DNA from: a virus
Taxonomy: Duplodnaviria > Caudoviricetes
Direction: 5' to 3' (one strand)
Length of the DNA stretch: 53,706 bases
Virus record (IMG/VR): IMGVR_UViG_3300012971_000006
Coordinates: 1-53,706 of that record
Each line of letters begins with the position of its first letter. The stretch's first letter is position 1. Shown here in pieces: positions 17,099 through 25,148 of this stretch. Position numbers and translations under genes: made by a program. Below the pieces are notes generated by a model. That model saw only the letters and a program-made list of their open reading frames with translations, did no database searches and was not told the DNA's origin.

Positions 17099-17114
17099 AT
17101 TTTACGATGTCCTA
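17099..17114 (-). promoter_or_regulatory. TAGGAC-box promoter, copy 3
   Basis: TAGGACATCG-TAAAAT with the same box-to--10 spacing; ATG 17093 is 6 nt after the -10. Confidence 0.6.
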
Positions 17115-17131
17115 TTCAAGCGACGGCGATG

Positions 17132-17392
17132 TCAGCTGTCGCCCATGCCCAGCTCGCGCCGCACCTCGGGCAGGTCGCGAAACCAATAACGCCGCCCGGC
17201 GCAGTCCATGAACAAAAAGTGATCGCGCAGCACCTGATTAGGCTTGCCGCCGAAGCGCTGGCGCAGCCACTCGACGCCAGCCATCAAATGCCCGTGCGGC
17301 GACTTGGGGTCGACCTGCGCGGGCGTCATAGCGTGCTCGTGCGCCGCCGTCGCTTGCATGCCAGCCCATGGGTCGGGCAGGTCGGTGATCAT
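17132..17392 (-). CDS. Hypothetical protein
   Basis: ORF track; coupled start. Confidence 0.7.
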   Translation of the reverse strand: MITDLPDPWAGMQATAAHEHAMTPAQVDPKSPHGHLMAGVEWLRQRFGGKPNQVLRDHFLFMDCAGRRYWFRDLPEVRRELGMGDS

Positions 17393-17637
17393 AGCGCGCG
17401 CGCCTCATCGCAGAATTCGTTCAGCTCGCGGTTGATAGCCGCGATGCGGGCCGCTTCAGCCGCCGGGTCGCGTAGCTCGGCGATGGCGTCCAACTCGACG
17501 AGTAGGCTTACCGCACCGGCGTAAAACGCGAGGTACGTTTCGCGCACCTGCACCGGCCCGGCGTCGCGCGGCACAACTCTTTTCTGATAATCGAGCCACT
17601 GCTCGCGAATGGAGCCCTTCGCGACCAACCGAGTCAC
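17389..17637 (-). CDS. Hypothetical phage protein (QVRETYLAFYAGA motif)
   Basis: GTGA-coupled start with GGAGG RBS. Confidence 0.75.
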   Translation of the reverse strand: MTRLVAKGSIREQWLDYQKRVVPRDAGPVQVRETYLAFYAGAVSLLVELDAIAELRDPAAEAARIAAINRELNEFCDEARAL

Positions 17638-17843
17638 CGGCGCGACCTCCGAAACAAGTCGGCATTCGGGCAGGTCCCGAAGTGCGTCGAGCCGTCGGCA
17701 TTGTACGGATGAAACTCGCCGTTCATGTGCCGCACCATGAAAATCGGCTGGCCGCAGTCGGGCCCTCGGCACAGCTGCGACTTGCCAACTTTCATCAGCA
17801 GCGCGTGCGCGAGCTTCTGGTCGCGGTCGACTTCAGTGCTCAT
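17634..17843 (-). CDS. Small zinc-binding-like protein (C...CGQPI...HFGTCP)
   Basis: ATGA-coupled start. Confidence 0.75.
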   Translation of the reverse strand: MSTEVDRDQKLAHALLMKVGKSQLCRGPDCGQPIFMVRHMNGEFHPYNADGSTHFGTCPNADLFRRSRR

Positions 17844-17950
17844 CGGTGACACCCGCAGCTTTCGCAGAAATAGCAGCTGTCGGTGCCGCGATTGCGATGC
17901 CCGCACCAGCGGCAGACCCACTCCCAGCCAGTCTCAAATAGCGGCCTCAT
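17840..17950 (-). CDS. 36-aa zinc-ribbon microprotein (WVCRWCGH...CESCG)
   Basis: ATGA-coupled at both ends. Confidence 0.6.
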   Translation of the reverse strand: MRPLFETGWEWVCRWCGHRNRGTDSCYFCESCGCHR

Positions 17951-18168
17951 TCCAAACACTCCGTTCCTTCGGCGGTAATTTCGAGCGAGTGCACCAGCTC
18001 GCGCGTTTTTGGGTTGCGCCACTCGATGCATATGCCGCCGATGAGATTCGCCCGCACCTCGGGCGTCGCGTTCAGCACCTGCTCGGCGAACCAGATAGCC
18101 GATTCAGTCGGCGGCGGGTCGCCGCACCCCGGGTCGACGTTGCGCAGGTGGTCGAGCTTGACGGTCAT
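17947..18168 (-). CDS. Hypothetical protein
   Basis: ORF track; GAGGAG RBS. Confidence 0.7.
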   Translation of the reverse strand: MTVKLDHLRNVDPGCGDPPPTESAIWFAEQVLNATPEVRANLIGGICIEWRNPKTRELVHSLEITAEGTECLE

Positions 18169-18665
18169 AGCAGTATCAACTCCTCAATTGGCCGCAGCGC
18201 GCTTTGTGGCACCTTGAAAACCGGCGGTCGGTCTGGCGTCAGTGGCGCGTAATACTCGACGAGCTTGCAGTCTTTGCCCAGAAGCCAGCCGCGAATCGAA
18301 TATTCTGGCAGCGCGCCGGTCACGAGCACATATCGGCAGTCGTCGAGGTCTTCATCGTAGATCAGCAGGTGCCCGTTGGCGTACTTGGTAAAACGCACTT
18401 CAATATCGGGCGCGATGTCGACCGTCTTTTTCTTGCTGCTGAAGTCGGCGAGCCAGTGACGGTGCGTCTTGAATGACACCGAGTACTCAGCGCACGCCGA
18501 TTCAACTTCATTCCATGGGTCGATATCCGGGCCGCTGCGCTGCTCGTTGTCGTTTGGTTTTTTCTGGCCCTCATAAGCAGCCAGCCGGTGCAGCGCTTTG
18601 CGCATGGCTCCGACCATGCAGGGATACAGAAGCTGCGCTCGGTTTAATACGACCGGTTCACTCAT
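18165..18665 (-). CDS. Hypothetical protein, possible PD-(D/E)xK-like fold
   Basis: AE...DI...IEVR pattern. Confidence 0.7.
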   Translation of the reverse strand: MSEPVVLNRAQLLYPCMVGAMRKALHRLAAYEGQKKPNDNEQRSGPDIDPWNEVESACAEYSVSFKTHRHWLADFSSKKKTVDIAPDIEVRFTKYANGHLLIYDEDLDDCRYVLVTGALPEYSIRGWLLGKDCKLVEYYAPLTPDRPPVFKVPQSALRPIEELILL

Positions 18666-18724
18666 GCGTTGCTCTCAATGGAGTTGCGGAGGGCGAGCCA
18701 CGCCCCCCGCGTTGCTCTGGCTAA

Positions 18725-19528
18725 CTATTTGCGCCGTCGTCGGGCGGCGCCAACCACGATCAATCCAAGCCCCGACAGCAAGAGGGCCAGCGAGCCGGGC
18801 TCGGGTGTAGCTGTGGCCTCGAAGGTTCCAGACACCGACGTCGTGATAGCGGTCTGCCGCTGGAAGTCGGCGGCTGTGCACGTTCCCGACGGGCAGAAAA
18901 TGCGCTGAATATCGCCGGGCGTTTCGCCCGGGAAAGTGACCGAGAAAGAGCCGACCCACGTCGACGCGGGCCCGACGCCGTCGGTCACCGTGCCCGACAG
19001 GCCCAGCGATGCGATGGTATTGGAGCCCAGCAGCGTCAGCACGACCGGCGACCCGGCGTAAACAGAGCACGACTGAAACTGCGCCAGCGCGCCGCAGTTG
19101 CTATTGAGCGAGCCCGGCCCGACCAGCGACAGCACATAATCGAGGTCGGCGTGCGTGAGCCCGTCGCCCCCGAACCGAAAGAACTGATCCTCGGGCAGCG
19201 TCGTCGCCGCTGATAACGCGATGTCCTGATTAATTTCGACGGCCTCGGCGGGCAGCGGGCCGCTGTTAAGGCAACCAGCCGAACCGAGGGCCCCAGCGCA
19301 CCCGGCGAAGTGCAGCGCGGTCGGCGTCGCGACCTGCGCATCCCATGGCGCGGCGGGCGTGCCGAGGCCGACCGGCGTCGACGTCGGATCTGGCCCGAAA
19401 CGAATCGATGTAAGGGTCGCGGTCACCGACCCGCCCGACCCCAGAGCCAGCAGGCCCACGACCGACGCATGAATCGGTGGAATAAATGACAGCGCGCATA
19501 GCGCCGTCAGCAAACATCGTTTGGTCAT
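18725..19528 (-). CDS. PEP-CTERM sorting-domain surface protein
   Basis: Signal peptide MTKRCLLTALCALSFIPPIHA; Thr/Ser/Gly-rich body with paired Cys; C-terminus TPEPGSLALLLSGLGLIVVGAARRRRK (PEP, TM helix, basic cluster); GAGGAGG RBS. Confidence 0.93.
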   Translation of the reverse strand: MTKRCLLTALCALSFIPPIHASVVGLLALGSGGSVTATLTSIRFGPDPTSTPVGLGTPAAPWDAQVATPTALHFAGCAGALGSAGCLNSGPLPAEAVEINQDIALSAATTLPEDQFFRFGGDGLTHADLDYVLSLVGPGSLNSNCGALAQFQSCSVYAGSPVVLTLLGSNTIASLGLSGTVTDGVGPASTWVGSFSVTFPGETPGDIQRIFCPSGTCTAADFQRQTAITTSVSGTFEATATPEPGSLALLLSGLGLIVVGAARRRRK

Positions 19529-19579
19529 CTGCTAAAATCCTCCTCACCCGTTACATCGATACGGCGGCGGCGTCGGGCG

Positions 19580-20014
19580 TCAGCTGCTCGCGCCGCCGTT
19601 CGGCTCCAGATAATCGACCGGCTTGCCCAGCGACTCCGCATAAACAATTTCCCCAGCCGTCGAGCTGCCAATGTAGCCGTTGACGTTGAGCACGAGCACG
19701 CGGTCGGCGAGGTCGATTTTTCGCAGGTGCAGCCGGTCGAGCGCGGCTTTTTCCTCGGTTGTGAGTTTCTCCATCATCTCGGGATAGAGCGGCCCGTCGA
19801 CCGGCGCATGAAGCATGAAGCCGACCGTCAGCACGATATTGCCGCCGCGCGTCAGGTCGCGGTTGGCCTGCTGGTACGCGCGCCAGAAACGCGTCGAGCC
19901 GCACAAGCAGACTATGGTCGGCCTGCTCATGGCGACAATGTGCTGCGCGAGCTGCGGGTCGCGCGTCGTAACTTCGCCGCCCGGCGTCGACACCGGGGTC
20001 GTTAACTCGTCCAT
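19580..20014 (-). CDS. Nucleoside 2-deoxyribosyltransferase-like / DUF4406-like protein
   Basis: IVCLCGSTRF...LHLRKIDLADRVLVLNVNGYIGSST..EI.YA..LGKPV; GGAGG RBS before ATG 20014. Confidence 0.7.
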   Translation of the reverse strand: MDELTTPVSTPGGEVTTRDPQLAQHIVAMSRPTIVCLCGSTRFWRAYQQANRDLTRGGNIVLTVGFMLHAPVDGPLYPEMMEKLTTEEKAALDRLHLRKIDLADRVLVLNVNGYIGSSTAGEIVYAESLGKPVDYLEPNGGASS

Positions 20015-20040
20015 AGTTTTTCCTCCGTTTTCCCTCAGAG

Positions 20041-20196
20041 CTATTTGCCCCACCATGGCGGCGCGCCGCCGATCCGCTCGCGCAGCTGCTGCTCGCGACG
20101 GTGCCGCTTGCGGCGCGCTCGCCACTTCATCACCCAATACACGACCAGCGGCGCGGCTGCGCCGGTGATCGCGACCCCATATGCCAGACCGGTCAC
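20041..20196 (-). CDS. 51-aa single-TM protein
   Basis: GTGA-coupled start; hydrophobic N-terminus then Arg/Lys cluster. Confidence 0.6.
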   Translation of the reverse strand: MTGLAYGVAITGAAAPLVVYWVMKWRARRKRHRREQQLRERIGGAPPWWGK

Positions 20197-20552
20197 TCGC
20201 CGCTCGCGCCCGGGTCGAGCCCGTCGAATAAACTGCGCTGCTTTTCGATATGCGTCATCGGCTCGTCGCGATAGATGGTCGGGTCGTCGCGCCGCACGAT
20301 GCGTTTGAAGCCGCGCTCGGGCGTGTCGAGCAGTACGTCGACCTCGACGTCGACCATCTCGTAACCGGCGAAGATTTTTCGCTGAAGGTCGGCGCACTCG
20401 CGCAGGAGCACTTTGATCTGCCCGCCGAACACAGACGCCGCCGCTTTTTTCTGCTCTTCGAGCCGCTCGCGCTCGATGCCCTTTTCGCTCAGCTCGCGCC
20501 CCAGCTCCAGTTTTTCGGCGTCGGAAAACTTGCGCGGGTATTGTTCGATCAT
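20193..20552 (-). CDS. Coiled-coil hypothetical protein
   Basis: ORF track; coupled. Confidence 0.8.
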   Translation of the reverse strand: MIEQYPRKFSDAEKLELGRELSEKGIERERLEEQKKAAASVFGGQIKVLLRECADLQRKIFAGYEMVDVEVDVLLDTPERGFKRIVRRDDPTIYRDEPMTHIEKQRSLFDGLDPGASGE

Positions 20553-21031
20553 GCGGCCCCCCGGTTGCGCTCCATGCGCAGCCGCGCGACCTCGGCCTCG
20601 AATGCGGGCTCGCCGAAACGCAGCACGCCTTCATCACGCCAGCGGTCGCGCCGGGCTCGATTCTTTTCGACCAGATCGTCGCGCAAGATGTAATTCCACG
20701 CGTAGCCGCTCACCTTCATGCGCTTACGTTCCTGCCAGAACATCTCGCCGCTTTCGTCGGCGAATGGGATTTGGCCCCACAATTCGAGGCCGGTGTCGTC
20801 GCGGGTCTTGAGCCAGCGCTGCACCTGCCGCCGCACTCCCTCCAGCTGGAAGTACTCCAGCTGCTCGTCGGAAAATATCTTTCGCTCGATGCAGAGTTTG
20901 GCGACTGCCGACGTCATCACCGGGATAGAAGAGTGCGCGCCGACCTCGGCGGCGTACTTTAAACACAGCTCGCGCTGCGTGCGGTCGTCATGCTGTCCGA
21001 ATGTCGCTTTCGACACGGGCTTCCTCCTCAC
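20549..21031 (-). CDS. Hypothetical protein
   Basis: ORF track; overlaps ParB-like gene. Confidence 0.75.
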   Translation of the reverse strand: MRRKPVSKATFGQHDDRTQRELCLKYAAEVGAHSSIPVMTSAVAKLCIERKIFSDEQLEYFQLEGVRRQVQRWLKTRDDTGLELWGQIPFADESGEMFWQERKRMKVSGYAWNYILRDDLVEKNRARRDRWRDEGVLRFGEPAFEAEVARLRMERNRGAA

Positions 21032-21977
21032 GTTTGCGTTGCTCGTAACGCTGCTCCATGGCCTTCAGCACGGCCTTAACGCCGTCGTGCAGGCGGCGGA
21101 TGTCGTCGACCTCGGCGTCTTTGTCGTATGGCGGCTGCAATGCTTTGCGCAGCCAGCCGGTCGCCTCGCGCAGCAGCGTGATGCGCTGGTCGGGCATTGG
21201 CGGCGCCTGCACGGCCCGGGTCGACGCCAAATCGCGTTCGCGCTTATCGGCGCTTTTGGCCAGCTCGTAGATCTGCGTGCGCGCCGTAGGGGTCTTTGCC
21301 GCCATCACCTCGGCAATTGGAATTGCCTGATGCGGCTTCGGCGGCTCCATCGGGTGCTCGTGCTCGATGAAGTTGCAGAGCGTCGCCTGCTCATCTGGCG
21401 CCAGCTTGTGCAGGTGCTGCTCGAAGCGCAGCACGTCGGCCTGCTTCCAATTCTGGAGAAATGGCACCTGCTCGGAAACGGCGACCTGATGCTGAGCGTT
21501 ATTCACCGTCTGACGTGATATGCCCAGCGCTTCGGCGGCTTGGCGGGTCGATCCCGCTTGAGCCGGGCGACCGGGCCCGGGGGATTTCGTCAAGCTCTTT
21601 GACGAAATTACTTCTGCTGCCCTTTTCGCCGTCTCGACCAGATGCTTCGCGCTGGCGAATGTTCGCTCGCGCTCGCGCTGGCTGAGCGGCTTGCGGTTTT
21701 CGTTTTCCTCTAGCTCGACGTCGCGCAGCTCGTCGGGCGTCAGGTGATCGCGCAGGTTTGCCGGTATGGTGCGCCACTGGAGCATCTTGGCGGCGCGCAG
21801 CCGCCGCTCGCCCGCGACCAGCCGGTAACGGCCCCGGTCGCCGTTGGTATCCACGACGATAGGCTCTAGCAGGCCGACGCGCTTCATGCCCTGCGCCAGC
21901 GCGCCGAGGTCGCCGTACTCGATGCGCCGCCGCTCGCCGATATCGATCTGGGTAACGGGTACGTCAATGACGTTCAT
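20988..21977 (-). CDS. ParB N-terminal domain protein with HTH
   Basis: LA..MKRVGLLEPIVV...YRLVAGERRLRAAK...ELEENENRKPL; HTH STRQAAEALGISRQTV. Confidence 0.9.
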   Translation of the reverse strand: MNVIDVPVTQIDIGERRRIEYGDLGALAQGMKRVGLLEPIVVDTNGDRGRYRLVAGERRLRAAKMLQWRTIPANLRDHLTPDELRDVELEENENRKPLSQRERERTFASAKHLVETAKRAAEVISSKSLTKSPGPGRPAQAGSTRQAAEALGISRQTVNNAQHQVAVSEQVPFLQNWKQADVLRFEQHLHKLAPDEQATLCNFIEHEHPMEPPKPHQAIPIAEVMAAKTPTARTQIYELAKSADKRERDLASTRAVQAPPMPDQRITLLREATGWLRKALQPPYDKDAEVDDIRRLHDGVKAVLKAMEQRYEQRKREEEARVESDIRTA

Positions 21978-22117
21978 AGTTCCTCCACAGCTCCACAGTC
22001 CAAACACTTGAAACCTTCATAGCTGCGCCACTCTGCGCCGCCGTCGGGCGCGACGACGCCGGTCGGGCCCTCGCCCTCGAAATAGCGCAGGTTGGTCGAC
22101 CCGCAGGTGTCGCACAT
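21974..22117 (-). CDS. 47-aa zinc-ribbon protein (CDTCG...CLDCG)
   Basis: GAGGAGG RBS before ATG 22117. Confidence 0.65.
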   Translation of the reverse strand: MCDTCGSTNLRYFEGEGPTGVVAPDGGAEWRSYEGFKCLDCGAVEEL

Positions 22118-22130
22118 GCGCTCGACCTCC

Positions 22131-23051
22131 TCACTGCTGGGCGGCGGCTGGGTCATCGAATAAGCTCTTAGCCGTAGCTGCGACGTGCTCGCTGAGCGTC
22201 GGCTCGGGCCGGGCCTCGGCGGCGGGTGCGTTATCGACGACCGGCGCAATCACCTCGACGGCTCCCTCGAATGGCGGCGCGTCGAGGGCCTCAACGTACA
22301 TCGGCACGCTGCCGCGCATCACGTTGGGTGCGTAGAATTTTTTGATGCGGGCAATGCAGCGCCAGTAAAACATGTCTTTCGCCCACGACTTGTAATTAAA
22401 TTTCTGGCTGAGCTTGATGGTCTTGCCGTCCTCATAGATGTCGATGCTGTCGGCCTCGGCCTTGCCGAAGGTTTCGGAGATCTGGTTTTTGTGCCGGTCG
22501 AGCATCGGCTCATATTCGCGGGTCGTCGGGTTGTATTTCTTCAGCCAGACCGTGCAGCTCACGCACTCTTGCCCGGGCCGGTCTTGCTGCGACTTGGTTT
22601 TCACGCCGTCGGCATAGGCGAATTCGACATCCCAGCCGTAGCCCGCGTCGGCCAGCTTTTCGGCCACGACCGAATTTTCAAACGTCGGCCTGCCGCTGAT
22701 GAAAACGACGCAGCGCATCGACTGCATTTGCGACAGAGCCTGCTGCCGCCCGAATTGCAGCTTGGCCAGCGCGAGGGCGACGCCTTGGTCGGGCGTCAGT
22801 TTTTTTAGCTCGTTGAACTGGCCCGACTGGTACAGCATGCGGGCGAGCCGCAGATCCTCGGCGTAATTCAGCCGGTTGATTTGGTAGCGCCCGGCGGTCG
22901 CGATCAGGTCGCGCTTTAGGGCCGGGTCGTCGACGTGCGGCAGCATAGCGAGCAGCGTCTCGGTCGGCTGCTCCATCGGCTGCGGCGCAATCGTGTCGGC
23001 GAGCGGCTCGATGGCTGTGGTGCTTGCGGGTTCGATTGGCGTCGGTTGCAT
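22131..23051 (-). CDS. RecT-like single-strand annealing protein
   Basis: Downstream of YqaJ exonuclease; LAKLQFG..QALSQMQSM..VVFISGRP and W.KDM.YWRCIAR motifs. Confidence 0.7.
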   Translation of the reverse strand: MQPTPIEPASTTAIEPLADTIAPQPMEQPTETLLAMLPHVDDPALKRDLIATAGRYQINRLNYAEDLRLARMLYQSGQFNELKKLTPDQGVALALAKLQFGRQQALSQMQSMRCVVFISGRPTFENSVVAEKLADAGYGWDVEFAYADGVKTKSQQDRPGQECVSCTVWLKKYNPTTREYEPMLDRHKNQISETFGKAEADSIDIYEDGKTIKLSQKFNYKSWAKDMFYWRCIARIKKFYAPNVMRGSVPMYVEALDAPPFEGAVEVIAPVVDNAPAAEARPEPTLSEHVAATAKSLFDDPAAAQQ

Positions 23052-23060
23052 TCGGTTCTC

Positions 23061-24086
23061 CTATGCCGCGTCGGCGGCTTCCTCCGTCTCTTTCTTCAGA
23101 AACTTCGAGCTGAGCAGCAGCCGCCGGTGCCCGGGCCTCGCGTGCGTGTGCAGGCCCAGCAGGAAGTCGAGCACCTCGGCGCGTTTGTCGGGCGCGACGT
23201 ACTCGTTCAGCAGCCCGCGCGCTATCGACTCCCACTCGACGGTCGTGCCGTCTTTGGTCTTGCGCCACGTAACCAGACCGTCTTGCCAGCGGATGCCCTC
23301 GCGGTCTTTGATAGCCAGCTTCAGCGCGGCTTCGAGGTCGTCGCGCTCGCTCGCCTGCTGCCGCTGGTTGACGCGCAGCCAGAGGTACTCGTCGAGCAGA
23401 GCGACCTCGGCATCCTCGGCAGGCCGGATGTCTGGCCGCTTGTGCGACGGATAGGCGCGCTGCAACCAGCGGCTTGCGGTTTCGCTGGCTTCAATCGGCA
23501 CGGGCACGCCTTGGATTACGAACCGTTCCCACCATCGGCCAGCAAAGTCGACCAATTGCTGAAATAGCCCCGGGTCGCTCGGGATCACGTAATACCGGAT
23601 GTCGCCGTGATACAGCACCATGAGCACCCAAAAAGACCGGCCCGTGATGCCCATGTACCAGACGATTTGCAGATAGTAGTGCTTCGGGATTTCCCGAACC
23701 GTCTCGCCGAAGTAGAGCGGCGAGTGCGGCGAGCAGTATTTGATTTCAAGCCCGCCGTCTTCATTGGCCCAGAGCCCGTCGACGTTCGCGCCGAATGGGT
23801 GCCCCGGGTAAAAGATGGTCGGCACGTTGCGGATGAGCGGCGAGTCGCGCTCAGCTTCGGCGATGTTTTCGAGCGCGGCTTGCAGGAACTGGCCGCGCCG
23901 TTTCTGGCGATTAGCGGCGGCGTCGGGCGGCGTTTCGATTAGCTTGAGGTCGACGGTTTTGCTGAGCTGCACCTCGTACATCGTGCGGAACGGGTCGACG
24001 CGCAGCAGCGGCCCCAGGTCGGTGCCGCCGAGGTAAGATTTCCTGGTTTCCAGCCACTCTGGAATTTCCAGATCGTTCAGGCCCAT
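23061..24086 (-). CDS. YqaJ-family (lambda-exo-like) exonuclease
   Basis: EWLETRKSYLGGTD...ANVDG...LEIK...PKHYYLQIVWYMGITG. Confidence 0.93.
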   Translation of the reverse strand: MGLNDLEIPEWLETRKSYLGGTDLGPLLRVDPFRTMYEVQLSKTVDLKLIETPPDAAANRQKRRGQFLQAALENIAEAERDSPLIRNVPTIFYPGHPFGANVDGLWANEDGGLEIKYCSPHSPLYFGETVREIPKHYYLQIVWYMGITGRSFWVLMVLYHGDIRYYVIPSDPGLFQQLVDFAGRWWERFVIQGVPVPIEASETASRWLQRAYPSHKRPDIRPAEDAEVALLDEYLWLRVNQRQQASERDDLEAALKLAIKDREGIRWQDGLVTWRKTKDGTTVEWESIARGLLNEYVAPDKRAEVLDFLLGLHTHARPGHRRLLLSSKFLKKETEEAADAA

Positions 24087-24249
24087 GTTTTGCCCTCACC
24101 ACGGGCCGCGCGACCTCTAGCATCAGCTCTGTGATCTCAATCTCGCGGCACGACCAGCAGAGCCAGCGCTGTAATACCCATACGCGGCCCAGCTGGTCTT
24201 TGCAGCGATTGCAGAGCAGGCTAGCGGCATCTTCCAGAGGGTCGCCCAC
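23911..24249 (-). CDS. Possible small zinc-finger protein (CNRC...CWSC)
   Basis: Fills gap but overlaps yqaJ by 176 nt. Confidence 0.4.
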   Translation of the reverse strand: MGDPLEDAASLLCNRCKDQLGRVWVLQRWLCWSCREIEITELMLEVARPVVRAKHGPERSGNSRVAGNQEILPRRHRPGAAAARRPVPHDVRGAAQQNRRPQANRNAARRRR

Positions 24250-24252
24250 GGC

Positions 24253-24540
24253 TTACCCCTTTGGCCCGTTACCTTGCGGCGGCGTGCCGTCGACCTCTAA
24301 GCCATCGACCTCGCTCACCGCTGCGTTTTCATTTGGAACCGGCGGCAGATGCTTCATCACCAGATCCGTAATGATCGTTCCCAGCGGCACTTTCCCGGCG
24401 AGTCGCAAGTGTCTGCGATTCACGGCAGCTTTCAATCGCCGCAGCGCCACTCTGGTAACAGTCACATTGATTTTTGCGAGGGCTGCGTCTAGTTCCTCTT
24501 GAGGCAACACGGCCTCTGGTTCCTCTCGATGCGTTCTCAC
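24253..24540 (-). CDS. First early gene; possible ribbon-helix-helix regulator
   Basis: KINVTVTRVALRRLKAAV...VPLGTIITDLVMKHL fits strand-helix-helix pattern; AGGAG upstream. Confidence 0.55.
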   Translation of the reverse strand: MRTHREEPEAVLPQEELDAALAKINVTVTRVALRRLKAAVNRRHLRLAGKVPLGTIITDLVMKHLPPVPNENAAVSEVDGLEVDGTPPQGNGPKG

Positions 24541-24654
24541 AGAAACACGTCTCCTATCTGCGCCCGCGCCATTATTGATTGCGCCGCATTTACTATTTCA
24601 GCGACTAAGTAAACCCACATCAAACTGAGTCACTGAACTGATGCGGATAGGCAA

Positions 24655-24683
24655 ACTATAAGCCCGCACGTCGAGCGTGTCAA
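24655..24683 (-). promoter_or_regulatory. Near-consensus sigma70 early promoter
   Basis: TTGACA (24678-24683)-17 nt-TATAGT (24655-24660). Confidence 0.85.
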
Positions 24684-25148
24684 CCAATTTAAGTGGCTGA
24701 GCGGCCAAAACTTAACTATGTTTTGCGAACTACTTTTTTTACCGTGTCGAGGGCATTTTTAAGACAGCAGAATTCCCACTTACACGCTGGTATATATCTG
24801 TAGTTTTAAGTGGGGTCCGAGACGTTAGCGACAGCGGGCGCGGCCAGCTAAAAAAGATGTAGCCATTAGTGCCCAAGATGCTCGGACCCACGGGACAGTC
24901 AGACCCTGCATGGTGGATCTTTCGATGTATCGAAAGAGTCGAGGCAACCACCGCAAACATGGTAGGGATTATCTTATAACTACTGTAGGAAAGCTACGGT
25001 AACGCCCGCTAAAAATACACTTTTTCGCAAAGGATTAGTAACCAAAAATACACCGTGGCTTCCCGCACATTTCTATGTCAGGAAAACTCGGGGAAAACCC
25101 CCCATGTGGTCTGTAAATTTATTTTGAGTCGCTGCGCGGGTGCGCGAA

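Noticed and set aside
16918-17100. 60-aa track ORF MKHECFIR...
   Set aside because: The overlapping frame 16926-17093 encodes a clear C4 zinc ribbon with typical codons.
24739-24960. 73-aa ORF as the missing repressor
   Set aside because: No HTH pattern, atypical codons, no clear RBS.
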